Assembly (NCBI GenBank): GCA_024639335.1 | Contig: JAHEIN010000002.1 | Span: forward strand, 13,630 to 72,015 | DNA length: 58,386 nucleotides | Source of the DNA: a bacterium | GTDB taxonomy: Bacteria; Actinomycetota; Acidimicrobiia; Spongiisociales; ZC4RG35 | Direction of reading: 5' to 3' | Notes under the pieces: generated by a model | Told to the model about the DNA's origin: nothing | Database searches by the model: none | What the model saw: the letters and a program-made list of their open reading frames with translations, nothing else | In this document: piece after piece, positions 42,679-53,723 of the stretch | Position numbering within the stretch: position 1 is the stretch's first letter | How the letters are laid out: every line of letters starts with the position of its first letter | Program-made: the position numbers and the translations under genes

Positions 42679-43881
42679 TCAACCTTCGCAGACGATCAAT
42701 TCGGTCGGGTATTCCTGGGTGACCTCGACACCCGCGCCACTGAGTCGCATCGAGTTGCCGACCTGGACGCCTGCGTTCCCGTCGACCACATTCGGCTGAA
42801 CGACCAACAGGGTGCCATCTGGATAGGCGAAGTCATCGGGATGTGTCGCTCCTCGCGACGCCCGAGTTCGCACGATCGGAGGCAGGTACGCGCCGCCGAA
42901 TCCGTGCACCAGATCGTCCCAGATGTCACAGCCGGCGTCGGTGATGGATTCGGCGGCGTCCAGAACCTGCCCCACGGTGCATCCCGTCCGGAGCGTGGCG
43001 GTGATGGAATCGTATGCATCGAGGGCAATGGCATGGAGTCGCTCGTAACGCGGCGTGGGTCCGCTTCCGATCGTGAACGTGCGGAGGATCTGGCCTGCAT
43101 ATCCCCAGAACGTCGTGCTGATCTCGGTCACGAAGACGTCGCCGGCGGCCAGCCTGCGATCAGGGTGGTACTGGTGGGGCACGAAGAACTCAGGGTCGTC
43201 CATCGGAGTCGAGAGGCTGAAGTGGATGAGGTTCCAGCCGCGATGACCGAGGTACGTGTCCTCGACGATGCGTGCGATGTCGGTCTCGTTGATGCCGGGC
43301 CGGAGTTCGTCTGCGAGAGCGGCGACAGCAGCGTCGTTCATGCGGGAGGCGATGCGAACGAACGTCATCTCGTCGTCGCTCTTCACCAGGCGGAAGTCCT
43401 GATAGTGCCGATTCATGTCCTGGAAGCCGGCGTCCCCGAGCACGCCGCGGAGGACGCTCATGTCGCCATGGGGCACGACCCCGATGAGGCCGACGTTGGC
43501 GGCACCTCGACGATCGAGGAATTTGGCGACCGTCTCGGCCTGTTCTGGGGGCGTGTCACCGCCGTAGCGCACGTCCGCGATGATCGAGATCCGTTCCGCA
43601 TCCGGCAGGTGGTTCCACAACCGCACGAACAGCGTTGGCTCCGAGCTCGGTGACAGGACGACGTATGACTGAACCTGGCTGGGCCAGTTGGAGAAGTACT
43701 GGACCGAGGTCTCCAGAGGTGCAGTCGCGCCTCCGACCACGAGGGCGTCGAGGTCGTGGTCGGCCATCAGGGTCTCGGCGAAAGCGAACCGCCTGGCCAT
43801 CTCGCGAGCCGGGTACCGGGGAAACCCGTTGACCTGCTCGAACTCCTCCGAGCCCCAGTACGGCGGACCGTATTCAGACAT
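42679..43881 (-). CDS. M24-family (creatinase/prolidase fold) protein, metal ligands largely substituted
   Basis: 400 aa with a creatinase-like N-domain and ILRTFTIG / VHGFGG pita-bread landmarks. Confidence 0.75.
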   Translation of the reverse strand: MSEYGPPYWGSEEFEQVNGFPRYPAREMARRFAFAETLMADHDLDALVVGGATAPLETSVQYFSNWPSQVQSYVVLSPSSEPTLFVRLWNHLPDAERISIIADVRYGGDTPPEQAETVAKFLDRRGAANVGLIGVVPHGDMSVLRGVLGDAGFQDMNRHYQDFRLVKSDDEMTFVRIASRMNDAAVAALADELRPGINETDIARIVEDTYLGHRGWNLIHFSLSTPMDDPEFFVPHQYHPDRRLAAGDVFVTEISTTFWGYAGQILRTFTIGSGPTPRYERLHAIALDAYDSITATLRTGCTVGQVLDAAESITDAGCDIWDDLVHGFGGAYLPPIVRTRASRGATHPDDFAYPDGTLLVVQPNVVDGNAGVQVGNSMRLSGAGVEVTQEYPTELIVCEG

Positions 43882-43926
43882 CTGGCGCCGGTCGCACGAT
43901 CCTCGTACCAGCGTGGGAGCGGATGC

Positions 43927-44808
43927 TCATCGGCGCTCGATGCCGCCCAACCGCTCGAGGTGCCGACACAGGGCTGCCGCATCGAGGTCTCCCAACCCGG
44001 CCGACGATGCCTCCTGGTACACCGAGAGGGCAGTGTCCAGCAGCGGCGTCGGGGCTCCGACCGAGCGGGCGAATCCCTGGATGATGCCGGCGTCCTTCTT
44101 GATGATGTCGAGACGCGCCGACGGGGGTTCGTACTCGTCTGCCGCCATCATCGGCCCCCTGATCTCGAATATGCGAGACGAGCCGACGCCGTCGGAGATG
44201 ACCTTCTGAACAGTGGCCGGATCCATGCCGGCGGCGATTCCCATGGCATGGGCCTCCGCACTCGAGAGGTTGTGGATCGCCACGAGGAGGTTGGCGATGT
44301 ACTTCATGATCGATCCGTTGGGAAACGGTCCCAGGTAGTGGGTGGAGCGTCCGACCACGTCGAACACCCCGCGGGTGGCATCGAATGCTTCTTGGCTACC
44401 CGATGCCATCACGACCAGCGTGGCATCGGCGGCCTGAAGGCCGGTGCCGCTCACCTGAACGTCCATCAGCTCCACGCCGACCTCCGCAAATCGAGCCTTG
44501 GCCTTCTCCTTCTCTTCGATAGGCAACACGCCCATGTCGGCGGCGATGAGGCCTTCGTGTGCGCCGGCGACCACGTCTTCGGTCGCGGCGTGCAGCGCGG
44601 CCACGCTCGGGAGCGACAAGAGCACGACGTCGCTGGCTGCGGCCACGCCGGCACCCGACGAATGTGCGGTTCCGCCCCGGGCGGTGAGGTCGGCGTTGCG
44701 ATCGTCCACCACGTCGTAGCCGTGGACCTCGTACCCCGCCTCCATCAGGTGACCGGACATGGCGGTGCCCATGACTCCGAGGCCGATGATCCCGATTCGT
44801 TGGTTCAT
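43927..44808 (-). CDS. NAD(P)-dependent 3-hydroxyisobutyrate/6-phosphogluconate-dehydrogenase-like oxidoreductase
   Basis: 293 aa with IGIIGLGVMGTAMSGHL. AGGGAGCA RBS. Confidence 0.88.
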   Translation of the reverse strand: MNQRIGIIGLGVMGTAMSGHLMEAGYEVHGYDVVDDRNADLTARGGTAHSSGAGVAAASDVVLLSLPSVAALHAATEDVVAGAHEGLIAADMGVLPIEEKEKAKARFAEVGVELMDVQVSGTGLQAADATLVVMASGSQEAFDATRGVFDVVGRSTHYLGPFPNGSIMKYIANLLVAIHNLSSAEAHAMGIAAGMDPATVQKVISDGVGSSRIFEIRGPMMAADEYEPPSARLDIIKKDAGIIQGFARSVGAPTPLLDTALSVYQEASSAGLGDLDAAALCRHLERLGGIERR

Positions 44809-44829
44809 GGTGCTCCCTATCGCAGATCG

Positions 44830-44847
44830 TGCATCCTATTTGATGCA
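44830..44847. promoter_or_regulatory. Inverted repeat TGCATC-N6-GATGCA overlapping a minus-strand TAGGAT hexamer (44833-44838)
   Basis: Read directly. Lies 22-39 nt upstream of the minus-strand ATG at 44808. Candidate operator overlapping a -10 box. Confidence 0.3.
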
Positions 44848-44903
44848 TTGGGCCGGGCGTCCTGGGAACGCGGAATGTCTCACCGGGCGAGATCTTGACA
44901 CGA

Positions 44904-44932
44904 TCGACAGTCGATTCGACAACATATAGGAT
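44904..44932 (+). promoter_or_regulatory. Putative sigma-70-type promoter: TCGACA - 17 nt - TAGGAT
   Basis: Hexamers read at 44904-44909 and 44927-44932, 72 nt upstream of ATG 45005. Confidence 0.35.
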
Positions 44933-45004
44933 CGCTGGCGAACGGAGGGTGCGCATGAGCGATTGCACGGTGATTCCGGCCCGCATCGGACGGGCCTGAT
45001 CGGG

Positions 45005-46033
45005 ATGTACGGATACCGTATCGATCAATGGGGAGCCGAGCCGACCTGGCAACCGCTGCCGGACCCGGTCGTCGGGCCGGGTGAGGTGCTCATCGACGTC
45101 GAGGCATGCGGGGTCGGCCTGACCGTCCTCAACTGCATCAACGGTGATCTGTCGAATGATCCGGCGCGGTTGCCGAGAGTCCCGGGCCACGAGCTCGTGG
45201 GGCGCGTCATCGATGGCGGTCCCGGCACCGACACACTGGTGGGCAGGCGCGTTGTTGCCTACTTCTATCTCACGTGCGGCGCGTGTGCCATGTGCACCGC
45301 GGGTCGCGATTCGCTGTGTGAGCGTCTCGGAGGCTGGGTGGGGGTCCACACCGATGGTGGCTATGCGCCCCGAGTGGTCATTCCGGCTCACAACGCCATT
45401 CCGGTCCCGGACGATCTGGATCCGCTTTCAGCCACCGTGGTACCCGACGCCGTTGCCACGCCACTGCACGTCTCGGCGCGCGCAGGCATCGGACCGGACG
45501 ATCGCGTCGCCGTGTTGGGAGCCGGCGGCGGTGTTGGAATCCACATGGTGCAGGTTGGCCTATCCACCGGCGCTGCAGTCGCCGGGTTGGACATCGTCGA
45601 GGCGAAACTGACCCAGATCGAGCGCTTGGGTGCGACAGCAGTCGACTCCAACGACCTGACGAACCTCGATGCTTCAACGCTGTTCGCCGACGGTCGACCC
45701 TCGGTGGTCGTCGATCTGCTGGGGAGCGTTGAAGCGACCCGCTGGGGACTGGACTCCCTCGAACCCGGTGGGCGAATGGTTGCACTCACGACCTTCAGGG
45801 ATCGGCTCGTCCAGATCGAGTCGAGGGAATTCGTCTTCGGTGAGATCTCGATGATCGGATCGCGCTACGCCACGAGGGCCGAAGTCGCTGAAGCCGGTCG
45901 ACTCGTGGCGGCGGGTGACATCACCCCCGTGATCGGCGTGGTCCGTGGGCCGGGCGACGTCCTGGAGATCCACGAAGAACTGAGGTCCGGGACCGTTGTC
46001 GGTCGCGGTGCATTGGATTGGAGCAAGACATGA
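45005..46033 (+). CDS. Zinc-dependent alcohol dehydrogenase family protein
   Basis: Starts at MYGYRIDQWG. Contains GHELVG and the structural-Zn Cys cluster CGACAMCTAGRDSLC. Confidence 0.88.
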   Translation: MYGYRIDQWGAEPTWQPLPDPVVGPGEVLIDVEACGVGLTVLNCINGDLSNDPARLPRVPGHELVGRVIDGGPGTDTLVGRRVVAYFYLTCGACAMCTAGRDSLCERLGGWVGVHTDGGYAPRVVIPAHNAIPVPDDLDPLSATVVPDAVATPLHVSARAGIGPDDRVAVLGAGGGVGIHMVQVGLSTGAAVAGLDIVEAKLTQIERLGATAVDSNDLTNLDASTLFADGRPSVVVDLLGSVEATRWGLDSLEPGGRMVALTTFRDRLVQIESREFVFGEISMIGSRYATRAEVAEAGRLVAAGDITPVIGVVRGPGDVLEIHEELRSGTVVGRGALDWSKT

Positions 46034-47667
46034 CCGAGGTCAGAGAGATCGCAATACCGGATGACGTGGATGGGATCTTCGTCGGAGGGGGACACAACGC
46101 CCTGATCTGCGCCACCTATCTGGCACGCGCCGGCATGAAGGTGGTGGTGTGTGAAGCCTCCGATCGTATCGGTGGAGGAACGACCACCGATGAGATCACA
46201 CTCCCATTCTTCCGGCACAATCTGCACGCCTACTTCGTACGGTGGACTCCCGAGTACGCCGTGTGGAACGACCTCGGCCTCGGACGGTTCGGCGTCCGAT
46301 CCGTGTATCCGCCGGTGCAGAACGCTCTGCCGTTCGACGGTGGCGAGCGGGCGTTGGTGACGTACTCCGATCTCGACAGATCGATTGCCGAGATCGCGAA
46401 ACTGTCGCAGAGCGACGCCGAGTCCTACCGGCTGCTCCACGCCGAGTTCTCCGAGCTGACCAGGTGGGTCGACACGCCGTTGCGCTTCTCTGCGCCGATG
46501 CCTCCCGAACAACTCCACGATCTCCTCGGAAGGAGCCGACTCGGGAGGCGCTATCTCGAGTTGGACGGTCGGTCGCCGCTCGAAGTCGTGCGCGCCGCCT
46601 TCGAGAACGAGGCTCTGCGGAGCCTGATCCTGTTCAACGTCTCCGTTCGCGGGTACCTGCCCAATCTCGATGTCCCCGGTATCGGCTCGATCGCTGCGCT
46701 CGCCCTCGCCAACTCCCACCAGGGGCGAATGGTGGAGGGGGGGACATACGAGGTAGCAAAAGCGATTGCATCCGCACTCCTCGACGCCGGTGGAACGATT
46801 CTCACCGACGCTCGCGTGGAGCGGATCGAAGTCCTCAACGGGCGGGCAACCGGAGTCGAACTCGCCGACGGCCGCCGAATCGACACCACCGGCTTCGTGG
46901 CCAGTTCGGCCCCGGCGCCCATCACCATGCTGGAGTTGGTGGGCCCCGAGCATCTCGACCCTGGGCTGCGGGATGATCTCGCCGACTATCGGTGGCTCGA
47001 AGAAGCGCTCTTCGGTGTGCATTGGGCGCTCGCCGACAGGCCTCGTTTCACCGCAGAGGCCTACAACCCCGATACTCCAGATGCTCTCAATCTGGCCATG
47101 GGCTACGAGACATCTGATGATCTGGTTGCCCACTCCGAGGCGGTGAACGCGGCTCGAAACGTCGATGACGGCCCCATTCATTCCTCCATACCCACGATCC
47201 ACGATCCGACTCAAGCTCCGAACGGCAGGCACACGACCTTCGGCTGGCACTTCGTTCCCGGGCCACCCACGAGGGGAGCATGGGATTCGGCGGCCGTTCG
47301 GGATCGAGTCGACGCCATGGTCGGCACCTATCGGACCTATGCGCCCAACATCGAGGAAGCAACGCTGGCGGTCACCAGCCACTCGCCCGACGCCACCGAG
47401 AAGAGAGTGATCTCGATGCGGGGCGGCGACCGTCACCACGGCAGCTTCCATCCGGACAACTGGCAGTGGAGTCGGCCGACCTCGGCGATGCCGGGCTTCC
47501 GGACCGCGATCGAAGGGCTCTATCTGTGCGGGGCATCACAACACCCGGGAGGGAGCTTTCACGGCCAGCCTGGGTACAACGCGGCGGGTGTGATCGCCGC
47601 TGACCACGACGTGGACGCATGGTGGGGTCCGGTACACGCCGAAGTGGCTCTCGCCGACCTGGACTGA
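46030..47667 (+). CDS. Phytoene-desaturase-family (CrtI-like) NAD(P)/FAD-dependent oxidoreductase
   Basis: MTEVREIAI in an ATGA overlap with the ADH stop. Dinucleotide fold FVGGGHNALICATYLARAG. The listed ORF begins at 46018. Confidence 0.85.
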   Translation: MTEVREIAIPDDVDGIFVGGGHNALICATYLARAGMKVVVCEASDRIGGGTTTDEITLPFFRHNLHAYFVRWTPEYAVWNDLGLGRFGVRSVYPPVQNALPFDGGERALVTYSDLDRSIAEIAKLSQSDAESYRLLHAEFSELTRWVDTPLRFSAPMPPEQLHDLLGRSRLGRRYLELDGRSPLEVVRAAFENEALRSLILFNVSVRGYLPNLDVPGIGSIAALALANSHQGRMVEGGTYEVAKAIASALLDAGGTILTDARVERIEVLNGRATGVELADGRRIDTTGFVASSAPAPITMLELVGPEHLDPGLRDDLADYRWLEEALFGVHWALADRPRFTAEAYNPDTPDALNLAMGYETSDDLVAHSEAVNAARNVDDGPIHSSIPTIHDPTQAPNGRHTTFGWHFVPGPPTRGAWDSAAVRDRVDAMVGTYRTYAPNIEEATLAVTSHSPDATEKRVISMRGGDRHHGSFHPDNWQWSRPTSAMPGFRTAIEGLYLCGASQHPGGSFHGQPGYNAAGVIAADHDVDAWWGPVHAEVALADLD

Positions 47668-47776
47668 TGCTGAACCGATACACCTCGTCGCCTGCGATGC
47701 GGGGTCGGGCCGCATTCGGAGAGGAAACCCCCTCTGGTCGTCGGGCACGTGACACACCCTATATCGTGCAATATCG

Positions 47777-48784
47777 ATGACAGATGGCGTGAAATCCGTG
47801 GTGCCCCCGACGTCCGCGACGACAGACGACACCGCCAGATCCGGAGTGCTGGGGTCGCGATGGTTGTTGTGGGGCGGCTCGATCGTTGCCCTTGCGCTGT
47901 TGGTCTGGTGGATCCTCACTCAGATGACGGCTACTGCCTTCCTGGCGCAGATCCTCAACGGGCTCAGTTTCGGCGCAGTGCTCTTCTTCCTGGCCAGTGG
48001 GTTCACGCTCATCTTCGGCCTCATGCGGATCACCAACCTCGCCCATGGGGGTTTCTATCTGGTCGGTGGCTACATCGGGATCTCGGTGGTCCGTGCCACG
48101 GGCAACTTCTTCCTCGCAATGCTCGTCTCGGCGATCCTGATCATGCTCTTGGGTCTGGTGACCGAGCGCGTGCTGCTGCGTCCGATCCGAGGGCTCGAGA
48201 AGCCCGAGGTGCTCCTCACGATCGGCCTGACCTTCATCCTCGGCGACATGTCCCTGGCGATCTGGGGCGGTGACCCGACGCCCATCCCCAAGCCCGACTT
48301 CCTCAACGGCGCATTGAACATGGGAGGCTTCATCTACCCCCGATACCGCCTGTTCGTCATCGCCTGTGCTGTTGTGATCGGGGCGATTCTGTTCTGGGTC
48401 GAGAAGAAGACCCGTTGGGGAGCGATGGTCCGCGCCGGCGTGGACGACCGTGAGACGGTGGCGGCGCTCGGGATCAACATCAAGGCGGTGTTCACCGGCG
48501 CCTTCATGTTCGGCGCATTCCTCGCCGGGTTCGCCGGGGTCATCGGCGGAGCGTTTCTCACACTGCTCCCCGGTCAGGACTTCGAGGTGTTGTTGTTCGC
48601 TCTCGCAGTGGTGATCATCGGCGGACTGGGAAGCCTGAAGGGCGCCGCTCTCGGTGTGGTGATCGTGGGTCTGATCGACTCGTTTGGAAAGGCACTGATC
48701 CCAGAGCTCTCGTTCTTCACTCTGTTTGCGCCCATGGCGATCATCCTGGTCCTCCGCCCGCGCGGCCTGCTGGGACGCGAGTGA
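47777..48784 (+). CDS. livH: Branched-chain amino acid-type ABC transporter permease (LivH family)
   Basis: The core begins around FLAQILNGLSFGAVLFFLASG. ATG 47777 lies 9 nt after a TATCGT hexamer, so the mRNA may be near-leaderless. An alternative start at ATG 47924 would remove an extra N-terminal helix. Confidence 0.85.
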   Translation: MTDGVKSVVPPTSATTDDTARSGVLGSRWLLWGGSIVALALLVWWILTQMTATAFLAQILNGLSFGAVLFFLASGFTLIFGLMRITNLAHGGFYLVGGYIGISVVRATGNFFLAMLVSAILIMLLGLVTERVLLRPIRGLEKPEVLLTIGLTFILGDMSLAIWGGDPTPIPKPDFLNGALNMGGFIYPRYRLFVIACAVVIGAILFWVEKKTRWGAMVRAGVDDRETVAALGINIKAVFTGAFMFGAFLAGFAGVIGGAFLTLLPGQDFEVLLFALAVVIIGGLGSLKGAALGVVIVGLIDSFGKALIPELSFFTLFAPMAIILVLRPRGLLGRE

Positions 48785-49791
48785 TGTTGCGGTCCATCTC
48801 ACTCACGGGACGCGTGAAGCTCGGTTTTGCGGTGGTGGGAATCGCACTCGGGATTGCGGCCCCCTACATCTTCGACCGTTTCGTGATCGGATTGATCACA
48901 CTCGCCCTCGTCGGTGGGCTCTTCGCTCAGAGCATCGACCTCCTCGGAGGCTATGCGGGCCTCATCACCCTCGGCCATGCGGGTGTGTCCGGTACTGCCG
49001 CGTACGGTGTCGGCTACATGGCGGCGAAAGCCGGCGCCGGGTTTCCGGCGCAGATCGCCGTCGGATTCCTCGCAGGTATGGTCGCCGCGCTGATCTTCGG
49101 CGTCATGGCGATGCGGTCGGGCGGCGTCTATTTCATCATGGTGACATTGGCTCAGGGGATGATCGTCTGGGGTCTCTCCATCCGCCTGTTCCGAATCACC
49201 GGCGCCGAGAACGGTCTCACCGGGATCCCCCGGCCGCCCGGGGTGGAGCTCTACTGGCAGTATTACTACCTGACCTTCGCCGTCGTGGTGCTGTGCTGGG
49301 GCATGCTCGGGATCGTGGTGAATTCGCCGTTCGGCACCTCGCTGAAGGGTCTCCGAGAGAGCGAGACGCGAATGCGGATGCTCGGGTACAACACCACGGG
49401 CCAGAAGCTGTACGTGTTTCTCATCTCCGGTTTCTTCGCAACCGTGTCGGGCATCCTGCTGGTGTATCTGAACGGTTTCATCAGCCCATCCACGGTGATC
49501 TTGGCCGCGTCGGCGATCGGCGTCCTCCAAGCGATCCTCGGTGGGATCGGAACGCTCGTCGGACCCATGATCGGCGCTTTCATCATCGTGTTTGTGCAGA
49601 ACGTGGTGAGCATCTACGTCGCACGGTGGCCGACGCTCATGGGTGCGCTGTTCGTGGTGGTCGTTCTCTTTGCCCGCCGCGGTCTGGTCGGCGCCATCTC
49701 CGATGGATGGAATCGGTGGCTCAACCGAAACCAGGCTCCTGGCATCAATGAACCCGTTCTGACCTCGACCAACCAACCATCTGGGCCCTGA
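48781..49791 (+). CDS. livM: Branched-chain amino acid-type ABC transporter permease (LivM family)
   Basis: 336 aa, polytopic. Start overlaps the livH stop. Confidence 0.88.
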   Translation: MMLRSISLTGRVKLGFAVVGIALGIAAPYIFDRFVIGLITLALVGGLFAQSIDLLGGYAGLITLGHAGVSGTAAYGVGYMAAKAGAGFPAQIAVGFLAGMVAALIFGVMAMRSGGVYFIMVTLAQGMIVWGLSIRLFRITGAENGLTGIPRPPGVELYWQYYYLTFAVVVLCWGMLGIVVNSPFGTSLKGLRESETRMRMLGYNTTGQKLYVFLISGFFATVSGILLVYLNGFISPSTVILAASAIGVLQAILGGIGTLVGPMIGAFIIVFVQNVVSIYVARWPTLMGALFVVVVLFARRGLVGAISDGWNRWLNRNQAPGINEPVLTSTNQPSGP

Positions 49792-49812
49792 GCCCGCGGA
49801 GAAGGAGAGACA

Positions 49813-51177
49813 ATGAGACGAATGCGCTTCGTGATACTGATATCGATCATGGCTCTGGTTGCGGCAGCCTGCGCGGCTCCCGACGCCGGCGACGACACCA
49901 CCACAACCGCGGCGGCCCCAGCCACCACATCGGGAGGTGAAGAAGCCACGGCGACCACCGCCGGTGGTGCGGAGACCACCGAGGCCGCCGCCGAAGGCTG
50001 TGACGAGCCGATTCGGATCGGCGTTCTCCAGCCGCTGACCGGCGGGCTCGCGGCCTCGGGGACCGACGCCAAGGATGGATTCGAGCTGTATTGGGCCAAC
50101 AATTCGACCGAGATCGCAGGCTGCACGGTCGAGTTCCGTGTCGAAGACACCGGCGGCAACCCCGACACGGCGCTCCAGAAGGTCGATGAACTGGTCCAGA
50201 ACTACGGGGCAGAGATCATCGTGGGTGAGCTCCTCGCGAACGTGACGTTCGCCCTCGCAGACCGCCTCGAGGACAACGAGGACGTGATCTTCATGTCTCC
50301 GATCGGCTCCGCCGACGACATGACGCAACGCAATCCGTTCCCGAACTTCATTCGTGCCGGTGGATGGACCTCGAGTCAGACATCGCACGTTCTCGGACAA
50401 TGGGCATACGACCAGGGCTTCGCCAACGTCGCCTCGATGTGCACCGACTACGCATTCGGCTGGGAGATGTGCGGCGGGTTCACCCAGGTGTTCAGCGAAG
50501 CCGGCGGCACGATCGCTCCTGCATCGCAGCTGTGGAACCCGCTGGGGTCCACCGATCTGGGGACGTATGTCACACAGCTCTCGGGATTCGATCCAGACGC
50601 CGTGTTCGTGCTTCAAGTCGGGGCCAGCGTGAGCGACTTCTTCCAGAACTGGTCGGACTTCGGCCTGAAGGAGGAGATCCCGATCCTCGCAGGCGAGGTG
50701 ACAGCGGACGTGTCCAACATCCGTAACGTGCCGGTTGAGCAAGTGGAAGGCTTGATCTCGTCCGGCCACTGGGCGGAGGGGCGCGAAGCGCCGGAGACCC
50801 AGGACTTCGTGGAGTTGTTCGACGGCGCCACCGGGCGACTGCCGTCGTACTACGCAGCAGCAACCTGGACCGCAGCTCAGTACATCGACGAGACGATTCA
50901 GGCGATGAACGGCGACATCTCGGACAAGGCGGCGGCGCTGGAGACGATGAAGGGTCTCGAGCTCCTCACCCCGTTCGGGCCGTCCGTCCTGGACGACTAC
51001 GGCAACCCGATCTACGACATCTACATCCGCGAGGTCGTCGTTCGTGATGATGGGCGGATCTGGAATGTCGTGATCGACACGTACGAGGACGTCGATCAGT
51101 TCTGGCCGAAGACTGCGGAGGAGTATCTCCAGCAGCCGGTGTACTCACGTGAGTTCCAAGGCAACGCCGGAGGCTGA
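49813..51177 (+). CDS. ABC transporter substrate-binding lipoprotein (LivK/type I periplasmic binding fold)
   Basis: 454 aa with signal peptide plus lipobox MRRMRFVILISIMALVAAAC, followed by a Thr/Ala/Glu-rich linker. Confidence 0.88.
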   Translation: MRRMRFVILISIMALVAAACAAPDAGDDTTTTAAAPATTSGGEEATATTAGGAETTEAAAEGCDEPIRIGVLQPLTGGLAASGTDAKDGFELYWANNSTEIAGCTVEFRVEDTGGNPDTALQKVDELVQNYGAEIIVGELLANVTFALADRLEDNEDVIFMSPIGSADDMTQRNPFPNFIRAGGWTSSQTSHVLGQWAYDQGFANVASMCTDYAFGWEMCGGFTQVFSEAGGTIAPASQLWNPLGSTDLGTYVTQLSGFDPDAVFVLQVGASVSDFFQNWSDFGLKEEIPILAGEVTADVSNIRNVPVEQVEGLISSGHWAEGREAPETQDFVELFDGATGRLPSYYAAATWTAAQYIDETIQAMNGDISDKAAALETMKGLELLTPFGPSVLDDYGNPIYDIYIREVVVRDDGRIWNVVIDTYEDVDQFWPKTAEEYLQQPVYSREFQGNAGG

Positions 51178-51180
51178 TGG

Positions 51181-51935
51181 ATGACGACAGCGGTCGCTCC
51201 GATTCTCCACGTCGACGACGTCACGGTCCGCTTCGGCGGGGTGACGGCCGTCAGCGGCGTCACGCTCCAGGTGGAGCGTGGCGCCCGATGGGCCGTGATC
51301 GGCCCAAACGGAGCCGGGAAGACCACGCTGTTCAAGACGATCTCGGGAGAGGTGCACCCGACGACGGGTCGGGTGCTCCTCTTCGGGACGGACACGTCTC
51401 GATCCACGCCGTACAGGAACGCCCAGAGGGGCCTTGGGCGGACCTATCAGGTCACAGAGCTGTTCCAGGCGCTGACCGTCGAGGAGAACCTGTCCATCGC
51501 TGCCCAGGCCAGAGCACCTTCGAGGTTCGCGAGCTGGCGTCCACTCCGGATCAAGGGATGGATCGACGAGCGAATCACCGGTGTGCTCGAGCAGTTGCAC
51601 CTGTCATCGGAGCGGAACACGCTCGTTTCGGAACTCTCGCACGGCGAGCAACGTCAGCTCGAGATCGCCCTGGCGCTGGCGACCGAGCCCGAGATCCTGC
51701 TGCTCGATGAGCCGGCAGCCGGACTGTCGGCCGCCGAGCGGCGCATCATGCGTGACCTCGTCGAGGAGCTGTCTCGGGACCTCACGATCGTGCTGATCGA
51801 ACATGACATGGAGATCGCCCTGGAACTCGTCGAGCATGTGCTCGTTCTCGACAATGGACAGGTCATCGCAGAGGGTGACCCCGACTCGATCCGCGCCGAC
51901 GATCGAGTCCAAGCCGTCTACCTGAAGGCCGACTG

Positions 51936-51936
<1 letters not shown>
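51181..51936 (+). CDS. livG: ABC transporter ATP-binding protein (LivG family)
   Basis: Walker A GPNGAGKTT, signature LSHGEQRQLE, Walker B LLLDEP. Confidence 0.92.
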
Positions 51937-52646
<710 letters not shown>

Positions 52647-52714
52647 TCGATCGATGACGCCATCAGGATGTGCCGCCTCCGGGCGCGGAGCCTTCAGCAG
52701 GAGTGGCAGCCTCG

Positions 52715-53707
52715 ATGGCGGGTGACGTCGCCGTCCTCACGCTCGGCGGCACGATCTCGATGACCGGCGATGCCGGCGTCAAGCCGACATTGGGAGCCGA
52801 AGAGCTGCTCGAGGCGGTCCCGCAGCTGAGAGATGGGCCTTCGCTGGTCGCACGGTCGTTGATGCGGATGCCCGGCGCCAATCTGACGTTTGCGCATCTC
52901 GACGAAGTCGCATCGGCGGTCCGTGGAGAGTTCGCGAGTGGCGTCGGGGGAGTGGTCGTGGTGCAGGGGACCGACACCATCGAGGAGACGGCGTTCGCGC
53001 TGGAGGTTCTGCTCGCAGATCTGGAGACTCCGGTCGTCGTGACCGGGGCGATGCGCAACCCGACACTCGCCGGCGCAGACGGGCCGGCAAACCTCTTTGC
53101 CGCCGTGCGAAGCGCCGGATCCAGTCAGCTCCATGGTCTCGGCGTCACGGTGGTGATGAACGACAAGATCCATTCGGCTTCGAGGGTCCAGAAGCGGCAC
53201 GCATCCTGGACAGATGCATTCTCTTCATTCCCCCACGGGCCACTTGGTTGGTTCCAAGAGGGGCAGCCGCTGATACTGGACCGGACCCGGATCGCATTCG
53301 AGCCTCCGATGCCGGGCCGCGATTCGGCGAGAGTGCCGATACTCACCGCAGCCATGGAACCGGATGTCCAATCGTGGCGAGCTGTGATGGAGAGCGGAAT
53401 CGATGGTCTCGTCGTCGAAGCGATGGGTGTCGGGCACGTACCCGAGGTCGTGACTCCACTGCTCGAGACTGCGTGTGCCGAGATCCCGGTGGTGCTGGCG
53501 ACCAGGACGCGTGGGGGATCCGTCCACAAACGCACGTATGGCTTCGTCGGATCTGAGCAGCACCTGCTGGGGATGGGTCTCATCTCTTCCGGTTGGTTGG
53601 ACCCGATCAAGGCTCGCATCCTCACGGCGTTGACGCTCAGGGGCGCGGACCCGGATGTTCGACGGGCATTTGCGCCCGTGAATGGTGACTCGCCGGACAA
53701 CGATTGA
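52715..53707 (+). CDS. L-asparaginase
   Basis: MAGDVAVLTLGGTISM (TGGTI motif) and VVVQGTDTIEETA (HGTDT motif). An alternative GTG start is at 52670. Confidence 0.88.
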   Translation: MAGDVAVLTLGGTISMTGDAGVKPTLGAEELLEAVPQLRDGPSLVARSLMRMPGANLTFAHLDEVASAVRGEFASGVGGVVVVQGTDTIEETAFALEVLLADLETPVVVTGAMRNPTLAGADGPANLFAAVRSAGSSQLHGLGVTVVMNDKIHSASRVQKRHASWTDAFSSFPHGPLGWFQEGQPLILDRTRIAFEPPMPGRDSARVPILTAAMEPDVQSWRAVMESGIDGLVVEAMGVGHVPEVVTPLLETACAEIPVVLATRTRGGSVHKRTYGFVGSEQHLLGMGLISSGWLDPIKARILTALTLRGADPDVRRAFAPVNGDSPDND

Positions 53708-53723
53708 CCTACCGAGATCGGTG

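Noticed and set aside
45865-47451. 528-aa ORF on the minus strand
   Set aside because: It is antisense to the CrtI-like oxidoreductase and is a shadow ORF. The same reasoning applies to 438-1622 (+), 1029-2117 (-), 11423-12736 (-), 12767-14101 (-), 39710-41149 (-) and 47759-48802 (-).
48799-50769. 656-aa ORF on the minus strand
   Set aside because: It is antisense to the LivM permease and the substrate-binding lipoprotein genes. Its composition is low-complexity and shows no recognisable motifs.
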